A stretch of 64,000 nucleotides of DNA, taken from the IMG/VR virus record IMGVR_UViG_3300048693_000367, positions 1-64,000 of that record; one strand, 5' to 3'. The notes beneath the pieces were generated by a model. It did not search any database, was not told the origin of the DNA, and saw nothing but the letters and a program-made list of their open reading frames with translations. The stretch is from a virus (lineage: Duplodnaviria > Caudoviricetes). Position numbers and translations under genes: made by a program. Of this stretch, positions 1 through 8,281 are shown piece after piece; the stretch's first letter is position 1, and every line of letters starts with the position of its first letter.

Positions 1-137
1 AGCAGATATTACAGAATATATTAGTTCTGATTTTTGTACTAATTGTGTACAGATGTATAAACAAAGAGAAGTCTTAGAAAAAGAACTCAAGGAATTAGAA
101 TCAACAAAAAACCAATCTTAACACTTTGATTCAAGTA

Positions 138-166
138 TTGACACTAATGTGTCGATCATGTATAAT
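138..166 (+). promoter_or_regulatory. sigma70-type promoter for tRNA-Ile
   Basis: TTGACA (138-143), 17-nt spacer, TATAAT (161-166), ending 8 nt before the tRNA. Confidence 0.85.
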
Positions 167-174
167 ACAAATAC

Positions 175-250
175 GGGGGATGCGACCGCCGGTAGTGGTC
201 ACCTGTCTTATAAGCAGTTCAAGAGAAAGGTTCAACTCCTTTATCCCCTA
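175..250 (+). tRNA. tRNA-Ile with UAU anticodon
   Basis: Acceptor GGGGGAT/ATCCCCT + discriminator A; D stem GACC/GGTC; anticodon loop CT-TAT-AA; T arm AAAGG-TTCAACT-CCTTT; CCA not encoded. Confidence 0.8.
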
Positions 251-251
251 T

Positions 252-767
252 TTATTTTTGAATTATAAAATATTTTCTATAACTATTACCTTTATTTTTT
301 GCTTTGTAAGTTGGTAGTTGACAATCACAATTTGGACAGACTATACGCAAATTTTCTAATTTATTATTATCAGACTTACCATCAATATGATCCACAATAA
401 GAGTAATAGGTTTTCCATGCCAATTGTCTCCAGACTGTCCACAAATCATACAATTATTACCATATTTTCTAATTAGATATTTTCTAATTGTTGCATTATG
501 GTAATATCCATTTCCAAATCCTTTTTGTTCTATTATTTGATCTTTTTTAAATCTTCTGTATTCTGTTGAACATTGTTTGGAACAACAAATTTGAGAATTA
601 TATTCGTCTTTAAATGATTTTTTACAATTTGGACATTCTATTGTTTTAGATTTATTTAACTTACGTTGTCTCTTTGGATGAGTACGATTAGTATATGTGG
701 CACTGCAAGACAAACAACAAAATTTAGGATTATTAGTTTCTTTTAGGCAATTTGCACAATGATTCAT
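252..767 (-). CDS. HNH homing endonuclease with N-terminal Cys-rich Zn motifs
   Basis: VDHIDGKSDNNKLENLRIVCPNCD HNH motif; CxxC repeats; GGAG RBS on the minus strand. Confidence 0.85.
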   Translation of the reverse strand: MNHCANCLKETNNPKFCCLSCSATYTNRTHPKRQRKLNKSKTIECPNCKKSFKDEYNSQICCSKQCSTEYRRFKKDQIIEQKGFGNGYYHNATIRKYLIRKYGNNCMICGQSGDNWHGKPITLIVDHIDGKSDNNKLENLRIVCPNCDCQLPTYKAKNKGNSYRKYFIIQK

Positions 768-844
768 AGTCGAACTCCAGTATAATGTTTTGATAAATTA
801 TATTACACCAATTTCGACTGATGACAAGGTTTTTTAAAAACCTA

Positions 845-872
845 TTGACAACCACTGACTGCCGTGTATAAT
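845..872 (+). promoter_or_regulatory. sigma70-type promoter for tmRNA
   Basis: TTGACA-16 nt-TATAAT, ending 8 nt before the tmRNA 5' end. Confidence 0.8.
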
Positions 873-880
873 ACAGTTAT

Positions 881-1235
881 GGGCGAGTAAAGGTTTCGAC
901 TACATAAATAAGATTATGTTAGCAAGTAGTGGTTGGTAGAAGGGCCACTATAAAAATCTACTAAACGCTTTAACTGGCGAAACACAGTTAGCACTTGCTG
1001 CCTGATAAAAAAGCGTAGCAACAGACTGCGATACCGAATGGGGGTAGGGATCAAAAGTCTGTCGTTAAATCCCTCTGCACTTACAATGTCCAACGGGTTG
1101 TAGGTTAAGAGCAGTTGGTAAGACGGGATTAGTCTTGTTTGTTCTGTAAGCCCGTTTAATTTATGAACAAAATAAACTTGTAGAAAATATAATTTGAAGT
1201 ATGATAGGACGGGGATTCGATTTCCCCCTCGTCCA
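881..1235 (+). ncRNA. ssrA: tmRNA, tag peptide (A)GETQLALAA
   Basis: 5' GGGCGAGTAAAGGTTTCGAC; 3' GGACGGGGATTCGATTTCCCCCTCGTCCA; acceptor stem with G3-U70 alanine identity pair; tag ORF 976-1005 after TAACT, ending ALAA-stop. Confidence 0.95.
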
Positions 1236-1419
1236 CTTAAAGGGGTAACTTATGAGTTTCTGGAAAAAAATATTAGATAAATATAGAAACAAAAAAAAGA
1301 AAGATTCAAATGCCTTATTGGAAAATAAATATCTTCAACAACTTCAAAATAAACTAAAACTAAACAAATACAAAGATAAAAGTTAGACCTGTCAAGTCTC
1401 AACAGCAGATTACCGATAC

Positions 1420-1448
1420 TTGACAATAGGATTGGCGTATGGTAGAAT
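1420..1448 (+). promoter_or_regulatory. sigma70-type promoter (ligase)
   Basis: TTGACA-17 nt-TAGAAT. Confidence 0.75.
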
Positions 1449-1473
1449 ACGCTAAACACAGGAGACTATTTGG

Positions 1474-2787
1474 ATGACTCACGATTTTAATTATGTTTGG
1501 GGAATGGTTCGTGATCTTCGTGCTACGAGTAGCACTAAAGATAAGGAAGGAATTATTCTGGATTATTGCGGACACAATAGTGCCGCAGCATCTTTTGCTA
1601 AGAATATTTTGCTGTATACCTATCATCCGTTGTGGCAGTATAATGTCACCAGCGACAATCTGAAAAAGAAGAATCATCTTGTAGCGAGAAAGAACGAATA
1701 TAAGAATTTCTTCGATCTACTTGATGCTCTAAAGAGTCGTAGAATTACTGGTCACGACGCTATTGCTGCTGTTAATAGTTTTATTGAGCATTATTCTGAA
1801 TACGAAGAACTTATCCATTGTGTTATCGACAAGGATTTGAAAACCCGTGCTGGTGACAAGATTATCAACAAGGCTATTCCTGACCACATTCCAGAGTTTA
1901 GTGTTGCTTTGGCAGATAAGTACGAGCCTAAACTTGTAAGTTGGAAGGATGGGTGGTATGTTTCACGCAAGTTGGACGGTTGTAGACTTATTGCTATTGT
2001 TGATTCTGATGGCGATACTACCTTCTATTCCCGCACAGGAAAAGAGTTTGATACTCTTGGTGTTGTTAGCGATGGTATTAAAAATCTTGGTGTTACTGAT
2101 GTAGTATTTGATGGTGAACTTTGTCTTGTAGATGAAGACGGTAATGAGGATTTTCAAGGAATTATGAAACAGATTAAAAAGAAGGATCATACTATTCCTA
2201 ATCCGTCATATAAGATTTTTGATATGATCTCTCATGATGAATTTTATAGTAAACGTGGAACTCCCGGTAACACATACAAGCATCGCTATAATAGTCTTAG
2301 ACACACAATGAAAGACAATACTTGTACTTGTCTTAGTATACTTGGTCAAGAACTTATTAAAGACGATGATCATTTTGCTGAGTGGACAGGAAAAGCCAAG
2401 GAATATGGTTGGGAGGGTTTAATGCTTCGTGCTGATGAACCATATAAAGGTAAGAGAAGCAAAGACCTCCTAAAATTTAAGAGTTTCTTTGATGACGAAT
2501 ATGAAGTAGTCGATGTTGAGATGGGGCCATTTAGATATGTTCTTAATGGTAAAGAGCATGAGGAAACCATGCTTTCTTGTGTGATGATTAGTCACAAAGG
2601 ATATATTGTGAGAGTCGGCAGCGGATTTACTATAGAACAACGAAAAGAATTGTATCAAAATCCTGAGAAAATTCTTGGAAAACTAATTTTAGTGCAGTAT
2701 TTTGAGGAAACTAAGAACCAAGACGGAGGTATCTCTTTAAGATTTCCTACGTTTAAATATCTTTATGGAGAACAGAGGGATACTTAA
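1474..2787 (+). CDS. lig: ATP-dependent DNA ligase
   Basis: SRKLDGCR (motif I), FDGEL, EGLMLR, LLKFK, VGSGF, SLRFP motifs. Confidence 0.95.
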   Translation: MTHDFNYVWGMVRDLRATSSTKDKEGIILDYCGHNSAAASFAKNILLYTYHPLWQYNVTSDNLKKKNHLVARKNEYKNFFDLLDALKSRRITGHDAIAAVNSFIEHYSEYEELIHCVIDKDLKTRAGDKIINKAIPDHIPEFSVALADKYEPKLVSWKDGWYVSRKLDGCRLIAIVDSDGDTTFYSRTGKEFDTLGVVSDGIKNLGVTDVVFDGELCLVDEDGNEDFQGIMKQIKKKDHTIPNPSYKIFDMISHDEFYSKRGTPGNTYKHRYNSLRHTMKDNTCTCLSILGQELIKDDDHFAEWTGKAKEYGWEGLMLRADEPYKGKRSKDLLKFKSFFDDEYEVVDVEMGPFRYVLNGKEHEETMLSCVMISHKGYIVRVGSGFTIEQRKELYQNPEKILGKLILVQYFEETKNQDGGISLRFPTFKYLYGEQRDT

Positions 2788-2828
2788 TTCTTCTAATTTG
2801 TAAAATCTTGCATGGAAATATAAAATAA

Positions 2829-3515
2829 ATGCTTCAACTACTCCGTACTCATACTTGTTATATTGAAGAGTTTGTTATTTACGGAGAAAGACACTCTGGA
2901 ACCAATTTTTTAGAACAATGTATTAAGAATCAATTTGGTTTAGAGAGAACTGAGTTCTATGATAATAAACATTTTTTTGGATGGAGTAAACCAGAAGTTA
3001 TAACCTATAAAGGTAGACATACTCTTTTTATAGGAATAGTGCGTAATCCTTACGATTGGATTTCTGGTATGATAAGTTTTCCTCATCATGTTGAACATAC
3101 AAGAATTTTAAATATTGATAAGTTTTTATTAGATGAATGGTATTCTATAGATTATCATGGTAAAGAAATTTTAACTGATAGAAACTATACCAATAGAAAT
3201 AGATACAAAAACATATTTGAAATGAGAAAATATAAGCATGTTTTTCTTTCTCAAATAATGCCACTTATTGCTAGAAACTATGTTCTATTGTCTTATGACA
3301 GTTTTCTGAAAAATCATAATAATTATCTCAATATAATTGGGAATAGATTTGATTTAAAAACCAAAGGCACTCCACCAGAAGTAGACAAAAATAAAAAAAT
3401 GTATATAGTTAATGATCATATATTAGATATTATCAACAATAATATTGATTGGGAAGTTGAGGCTAGTTTGGGTTTTTTAGAAAGTCTCAAGAACGATGAC
3501 TTGACAAGCCGATAG
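2829..3515 (+). CDS. sulfotransferase-like protein
   Basis: GERHSGTNFL (5'-PSB-like) and IVRNPYDWISG (3'-PB-like) motifs. Confidence 0.6.
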   Translation: MLQLLRTHTCYIEEFVIYGERHSGTNFLEQCIKNQFGLERTEFYDNKHFFGWSKPEVITYKGRHTLFIGIVRNPYDWISGMISFPHHVEHTRILNIDKFLLDEWYSIDYHGKEILTDRNYTNRNRYKNIFEMRKYKHVFLSQIMPLIARNYVLLSYDSFLKNHNNYLNIIGNRFDLKTKGTPPEVDKNKKMYIVNDHILDIINNNIDWEVEASLGFLESLKNDDLTSR

Positions 3516-3529
3516 AAGTAATGTAAAAT
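3501..3529 (+). promoter_or_regulatory. sigma70-type promoter
   Basis: TTGACA-17 nt-TAAAAT, GCCGATA in the spacer. Confidence 0.75.
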
Positions 3530-3566
3530 CAGAACATACAGTTTGGAACTAAACCTTGGAGAAACC

Positions 3567-4262
3567 ATGAGCGAAGCAGTAGTCGAAAAAAAGCCGGTTA
3601 TTATGAGCGCTTCAAAAGCCGATGAGTTTTTTAAGAACTTTCCAAAAGAGAAAGTTGTTGCTTATAAGGACTATTGGGAGAGTGTTCGTCCTAAGAACAA
3701 CGAAGATATTTTCCGACGCTATCTCTTTGCATATATGAGCGTTCATACCACATGGAAATCCAATGTGAATGGATATAATTCTATTAAGAACTTCAACGAA
3801 TGGATTGACGATAAAGAAATTCTTAGAGAAAAGATTAAGAACAGCGGTTGTGGGCTTTATAATAATCGAACAAGGTTTATTTGGGATTTTAAAGATAAGT
3901 TTTGGGCTAACCCCAAAGATTTTTATCTCACAACTAAAAAATATCATGTGAAAAAGCGAGACTCCATTGTGCATAAAATTAGCGGTCTAGGTTCTGCCAA
4001 GGTTTCATTTTCTTTGGAGCAGTGCCATCCTAATGAGTGTAGAGTTTTTTGTGGAGACACCCATATGCTTGAATTGTACGGTATGAAAACTCTTACATAT
4101 CAGAGTAAAACAGGATTATCTTTGTATAAGAAAATGGAAAGACATTGGAGTATCAACTGTGGAAAACTTGGTGTTCCTTTGTATATTGCTAGGTGCATTT
4201 TTTGGGATGCAAAACAAAACAAGGCCGATTCTCGATACTGGTCTTATGTCTTTGAAGAATAG
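3567..4262 (+). CDS. HhH-type N-glycosylase/AP lyase-like protein (Ogg2-like)
   Basis: GLYNNRTRFI ... SGLGSAKVSFSL ... CGDTHML resembles the HhH hairpin plus conserved D-x-H of 8-oxoG glycosylases; ATG at 3567 follows GGAG. Confidence 0.55.
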   Translation: MSEAVVEKKPVIMSASKADEFFKNFPKEKVVAYKDYWESVRPKNNEDIFRRYLFAYMSVHTTWKSNVNGYNSIKNFNEWIDDKEILREKIKNSGCGLYNNRTRFIWDFKDKFWANPKDFYLTTKKYHVKKRDSIVHKISGLGSAKVSFSLEQCHPNECRVFCGDTHMLELYGMKTLTYQSKTGLSLYKKMERHWSINCGKLGVPLYIARCIFWDAKQNKADSRYWSYVFEE

Positions 4263-4295
4263 TCTACTGATCATATAATATAAAGAAAGACCAAT

Positions 4296-4415
4296 ATGAG
4301 CCAAAATGGTAAGGGATCAAAACCTAGACCCAAAAGCGTGGATCAAAAAACCTGGGAAAAAAACTACAACAGGATTTTTAAACATGGGAAGTGTGACAAA
4401 ACTACAAGAAAATAA
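4296..4415 (+). CDS. small basic hypothetical protein (39 aa)
   Basis: MSQNGKGSKPRPKSVDQKTWEKNYNRIF; the GKGSKPRP...W..NY.RIF pattern is typical of small phage ORFs; below the ORF-track cutoff. Confidence 0.5.
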   Translation: MSQNGKGSKPRPKSVDQKTWEKNYNRIFKHGKCDKTTRK

Positions 4416-4659
4416 AACTTTGTTTATACCGTGCGACTGTAGAAGTGAAATACTTTTAATAGAGTACGATCACGAAATGAAAATGGCTGATTTCGCTATC
4501 TATGAAACAAATATATCTAATAAGATGTCATTATGGCAGAGACTGGAGTATTGTTGGCAGATTTTAGTAAAAAAGAAACCGTATGCAGATGCTATAATAT
4601 TGAACAATAAGCAGTTAATAGACTTAAAAATTTTTCTAGATAGTTTAGATCTAAGATGA
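4384..4659 (+). CDS. hypothetical protein
   Basis: ORF, likely start at ATG 4384; CDC motif. Confidence 0.6.
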   Translation: MGSVTKLQENKTLFIPCDCRSEILLIEYDHEMKMADFAIYETNISNKMSLWQRLEYCWQILVKKKPYADAIILNNKQLIDLKIFLDSLDLR

Positions 4660-4722
4660 ATGGGTGTATTAATATACTAGCATAATAATTTGCTCTTCCT
4701 ATATTAATTAGGAGATGTTGAT

Positions 4723-4914
4723 ATGGTTGTTAAATCACTAAATAGTTATGTTGCTGATGAACTAGTCAACAAGGTCTTTCACTTGAATAACGCTCTAATT
4801 CAAGCAAAAAATATTATTTCTATTTTGGAAGAAGAAAATCAAAAACTAAAAAATCTATTATTTCCAAGTAATAGAGAAAAAGAGCAAACAGATAAAATTC
4901 AATTCGTGGACTGA
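4723..4914 (+). CDS. small coiled-coil hypothetical protein
   Basis: AGGAG RBS; GGTGTAT motif upstream at 4663. Confidence 0.6.
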   Translation: MVVKSLNSYVADELVNKVFHLNNALIQAKNIISILEEENQKLKNLLFPSNREKEQTDKIQFVD

Positions 4915-4931
4915 AAATAAAGTTTTACCAG

Positions 4932-4959
4932 TTGACAGGCCGATATAGGATGATAGAAT
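4932..4959 (+). promoter_or_regulatory. sigma70-type promoter, extended -10
   Basis: TTGACA-16 nt-TAGAAT with TG at the extended -10 position; GCCGATA in the spacer. Confidence 0.7.
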
Positions 4960-5037
4960 GAGGAAGTCGATGCGAGGGTTTCAGTCGAGTGACTGACTTG
5001 CTGAGACATAATTTTGGAAATGATTTGGAGGTTGATT

Positions 5038-5319
5038 ATGGCAGAGGTTACTACTGTTACTAAGCAGAAGCGTGTTCGTTGCTCTGATGAGCAGTTTCTT
5101 GAGGCTGTTTTTTCGTCTAGGACTTATGCGGAGATTGCCGCTAAGACTGGTCAAAAGGTTCCTACTACAATGGCTCGTTATGCCCGTGTAAAGGCCGCTC
5201 TCTCTAAGAGAGGCGAGGAACTTCCTGCGATGGAGCGTGCAAAGCCAACCAAGACCATTGATAATGTAGAGGCTATGGCAGAGGTTGTTCGTCGCCTCAA
5301 GGCCCATGCAAACGGTTGA
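5038..5319 (+). CDS. small basic protein, possible HTH DNA-binding
   Basis: GGAGG RBS; TYAEIAAKTGQKVPTT resembles an HTH; strongly biased codons. Confidence 0.7.
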   Translation: MAEVTTVTKQKRVRCSDEQFLEAVFSSRTYAEIAAKTGQKVPTTMARYARVKAALSKRGEELPAMERAKPTKTIDNVEAMAEVVRRLKAHANG

Positions 5320-5329
5320 TTTAAAATCT

Positions 5330-5414
5330 AAAACATTCCGACTACAGTAGTTTAAATGAGAGAGGCACACAATAATCAACCTCAGATCATAAGACTATTG
5401 TAGTTGGGTGTTTT
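5330..5414 (+). ncRNA. long rod-like RNA hairpin of unknown function
   Basis: AAAACAT-T-CCGACTACAGTAGTTT pairs with AGACTATTGTAGTTGG-GTGTTTT, then ATGA/TCAT and GAGG/CCTC inner stems. Confidence 0.5.
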
Positions 5415-5416
5415 AT

Positions 5417-5697
5417 GCCCCTATGATGAAATTGGCAAACATAGCGGACTTATTTAATTGAGTGCTTAAAGGGAAACTTTTAAAGTAGAACCTGTCAAAG
5501 TCGGTGAAGGCTTTAAAATGCTAATACCGAGCCAAGCATAGAAATATGAAGGTGTAGAGACTTGACGGCAGGAACCTAAAACGAAAGTTATGGTTAAGGT
5601 AAAGTCCAGACTACAAACAGAAATGGTAGTGAAAACTATAGTAGTAAGAAAATCCGTTGCCCGCAAGGGCTTGTCGGTTCAAGTCCGACTAGGGGTA
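5417..5697 (+). tRNA. trnL: tRNA-Leu(UAA) interrupted by a group I intron (exons 5417-5451 and 5649-5697)
   Basis: Spliced: GCCCCTA acceptor, GCGGA-CT-TAA-AA-TCCGT anticodon arm, GCCC-GCAA-GGGC variable arm, GTCGG-TTCAAGT-CCGAC T arm, TAGGGGT-A. Confidence 0.92.
5452..5648 (+). mobile_element. group I intron (197 nt, no ORF) at the U^AA anticodon position
   Basis: Follows exon U and ends in G; core elements AATACCGAGCCAAG, GGTGTAGAGACTTGACGG and AAGGTAAAGTCC resemble Q/R/S of the cyanobacterial/plastid trnL intron. Confidence 0.9.
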
Positions 5698-5739
5698 TTT
5701 AACTTTTTTATAAAAACCAAAAAGAATTTGAGGTATGGT

Positions 5740-6084
5740 GTGGTAGGAATACCTGATAGATTTTATCGTGGAGTTGTTCATAGCCCCAAAGATAAAAAGC
5801 ATCCTAATTTTCGCTATCTTTTAGTGGATACTGTTTATGAAAAACAGGATGAACATGGCAACTGGTACACCGAATCATTGGAATGTTATGATGACTATTT
5901 AATTCATAGTCTTGATAAAGAAGATATATTTTATGGAGTATACGCATCATATTATATTGATAATGTAAGAAGCGGCCTTAAAATTACCGAAACGAGTAGT
6001 TTGTCTGAGGCGATTAATATTGCAGAACAAATAATGGGTTCTAAAATCATCCCCATTCCACCGCCAGAACAACTTAGAAAATAA
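5740..6084 (+). CDS. hypothetical protein
   Basis: GTG start after GAGGT; the longer 5590 ORF overlaps the intron/tRNA and is not credible. Confidence 0.65.
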   Translation: MVGIPDRFYRGVVHSPKDKKHPNFRYLLVDTVYEKQDEHGNWYTESLECYDDYLIHSLDKEDIFYGVYASYYIDNVRSGLKITETSSLSEAINIAEQIMGSKIIPIPPPEQLRK

Positions 6085-6620
6085 TGATCAATAATCAATA
6101 TGAAATTGACTATAGTGATTGGTTTGATGAGGGTGGGTATTGTCAAGTATATCCTATAAAGGGAAAGTCAAACTGGATATTCAAAGAATTTCATACAAAA
6201 AAGAAAGCCAAAGACTCGTACAAATATCATAAACAATTAGCCAAGTTTGATTTAGCCCCAAAAATCTACAGCAATATTTGTAGATTAAAATTTGCTGACG
6301 ATGAACATATTTGTTTTGACGATCCTAGTGATTGGGGCTATATTACAGAATATGCTAAAACTCATGAAGCCAATACTATTATCACGATGAAAGATATACA
6401 AAATTTGGTTGATGAAATTTATGAAAAAACTGGACTAAAATTTTGGGATTGTCATTGGTATAATGTGGGGGTTGTAAAAAGAAAAAATAAAAAGAAAGTT
6501 GTTTGTATTGATACCGGGAAAGAAAGTTTTAGCGGCATATCAAATGCTTGGGGGTTTTCTGCTCCTGGCCCAAAATGTAATTATTGTAATAAGTATCAAT
6601 GTAAATGTAGCGAGGACTAA
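6084..6620 (+). CDS. protein kinase-like fold protein
   Basis: EGGYCQVY glycine loop, FKEF lysine, DCHWYNVG catalytic loop, CIDTG (DFG equivalent). Confidence 0.7.
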   Translation: MINNQYEIDYSDWFDEGGYCQVYPIKGKSNWIFKEFHTKKKAKDSYKYHKQLAKFDLAPKIYSNICRLKFADDEHICFDDPSDWGYITEYAKTHEANTIITMKDIQNLVDEIYEKTGLKFWDCHWYNVGVVKRKNKKKVVCIDTGKESFSGISNAWGFSAPGPKCNYCNKYQCKCSED

Positions 6621-6622
6621 AA

Positions 6623-6952
6623 ATGCCATATATAGATGAATCTAATAGAAGTAAACTTGACGAGTGCGTAAGCGAACTCATTCTTTGTCTTAAAAATACG
6701 GTTCTGGATAAGTCTTTTGATACAACCGAACTGAGTAATGAACAACTATTAAAGATCGCGGGTAATATTAACTATGTTTTTAGCCGAGTTAGTGCTGGTT
6801 TAATGGGTACTCCATCCTATCCTAAAATAGCGATCATAACTGGTGTATTAGAAAACATAAAACAGGAGTTTTATAGGCGTATTGGTGTATGTCTAGAAGA
6901 GAGGAAAATAAGTGAAAATGGAGACATACCAGAATATAAAAAGCGATGTTAA
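6623..6952 (+). CDS. conserved phage hypothetical protein
   Basis: MPYI...R, GNINY, GVLENIKQEFYRR, ENGDI pattern. Confidence 0.7.
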   Translation: MPYIDESNRSKLDECVSELILCLKNTVLDKSFDTTELSNEQLLKIAGNINYVFSRVSAGLMGTPSYPKIAIITGVLENIKQEFYRRIGVCLEERKISENGDIPEYKKRC

Positions 6953-7668
6953 AAAACACTAAAAAAAATGACTATTCTCTAATTCCAAAAAAAGAACTTA
7001 AACAATTATTAGAGCAAGGTTTAAACTATACAGAAATTGGAAAAATATATAATAAAAATCTACACTATGTTAGAACAATATGTAAACTGTACGACCTAAC
7101 GCTTTCAAAAAAAGTTAGCAAATGTTTAAAATGTAATAATCAATTCAGTTATTCAGCATCAAAAAACCAAAAATATTGCTCAGACAAATGCCGGTCTGCC
7201 CATTGGCCAATATTATATCCAGAAAAATTCAAGAAACATAGTAAAAAATCACGCTTTAAAAATAATCCTATTAAATGTAAATATTGTAAAATTTTGATTC
7301 CTGATTCAGCAAGAAAGTCCGGTGTGACATACTGTAGCGATGTATGTAGAGCTAAAAATAGAAAAAATCAAAACTATTGTTATAGATCTAATATAAGTAC
7401 AAATTTTATAAAATATAAAAAAGATATAGGCTGTCAAAATTGTGGTTATAATAAGTGCGGTGCGTCGTTAGATTTTCACCATGTTGATCCGACAACTAAA
7501 TCCAGAAGAATCAGTGCTGGATTATGGAATAATAAAACACATCTATTTGAAACAGAATTAAATAAGTGTATATTATTATGTAAAAATTGTCATTATGAAG
7601 CACACAGCGGCGTATTGGAAATACTAAGAGTTGATAATAAATGGAATTGTCAATATAAAATTAGCTAG
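6946..7668 (+). CDS. HNH homing endonuclease
   Basis: CQNCGY...LDFHHVDP...KCILLCKNCHYEAH; YCSDxCR Zn motifs. Confidence 0.85.
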   Translation: MLKNTKKNDYSLIPKKELKQLLEQGLNYTEIGKIYNKNLHYVRTICKLYDLTLSKKVSKCLKCNNQFSYSASKNQKYCSDKCRSAHWPILYPEKFKKHSKKSRFKNNPIKCKYCKILIPDSARKSGVTYCSDVCRAKNRKNQNYCYRSNISTNFIKYKKDIGCQNCGYNKCGASLDFHHVDPTTKSRRISAGLWNNKTHLFETELNKCILLCKNCHYEAHSGVLEILRVDNKWNCQYKIS

Positions 7669-7676
7669 GAGTTAAA

Positions 7677-7997
7677 ATGTCCAAAGATCTTAGCGATATT
7701 CTAAAAGAGATAAATAAAAACCACAAAGAAATTTATCAAGTAGACACTAAATTGAATAAGGAGGTATCGTATCTAGGTAAAGAGTTAACGTCTCTTAAAA
7801 AAGAGGTGGGTACAATCTTAAGTAAACTAGATATTATTCTAAAAATGTTAATGACAATAACTCTTTTTATCGAAGAAAGTGTTGAGATAGGAGAATTAGA
7901 CGACCAGGAAGAAGATTATGACTCTAATGAAGGATGGATTCCAGATAATGAAGAGTGGAGAGAATCATTAGAGGATGAAGACTTAAATGATGATTAG
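7677..7997 (+). CDS. coiled-coil protein with acidic tail
   Basis: AGGAG RBS; ORF. Confidence 0.65.
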   Translation: MSKDLSDILKEINKNHKEIYQVDTKLNKEVSYLGKELTSLKKEVGTILSKLDIILKMLMTITLFIEESVEIGELDDQEEDYDSNEGWIPDNEEWRESLEDEDLNDD

Positions 7998-8256
7998 TTT
8001 AGCCTTATTGGTATCTGTTATTGTTTTGGTAGTATTAATATCGGGGCCGCTGTGTTTCGTGATGAGCGGCTTTAGTTCTATTCCAACGTGGTTTGTGGTT
8101 GTCGCATCTGTTTTAACCATGTTCGTAGGATTGTGGTTTTTTTGTTTACCAATACCAGCAATCAGATATATGGGAATTCTATCTATTTTACTTGGCGTAT
8201 TATCTATAAACAACCGCATAGGAAAAACTTTACACGCAACAACAACTAAAGGTTGA
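7987..8256 (+). CDS. small membrane protein
   Basis: About three hydrophobic segments. Confidence 0.6.
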   Translation: MMISLALLVSVIVLVVLISGPLCFVMSGFSSIPTWFVVVASVLTMFVGLWFFCLPIPAIRYMGILSILLGVLSINNRIGKTLHATTTKG

Positions 8257-8281
8257 CAACCCGACTTGCCGATGGTATACT
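8253..8281 (+). promoter_or_regulatory. sigma70-type promoter (rIIA)
   Basis: TTGACA-17 nt-TATACT, GCCGAT in the spacer. Confidence 0.75.

Noticed and set aside
126-317. 63-aa plus-strand ORF
   Set aside because: Runs across the promoter, the tRNA and the antisense HNH gene
5466-5739. ORF 5466-5666 (-) and the N-terminal part of ORF 5590-6084
   Set aside because: They overlap the group I intron and tRNA exon; the real gene likely starts at GTG 5740
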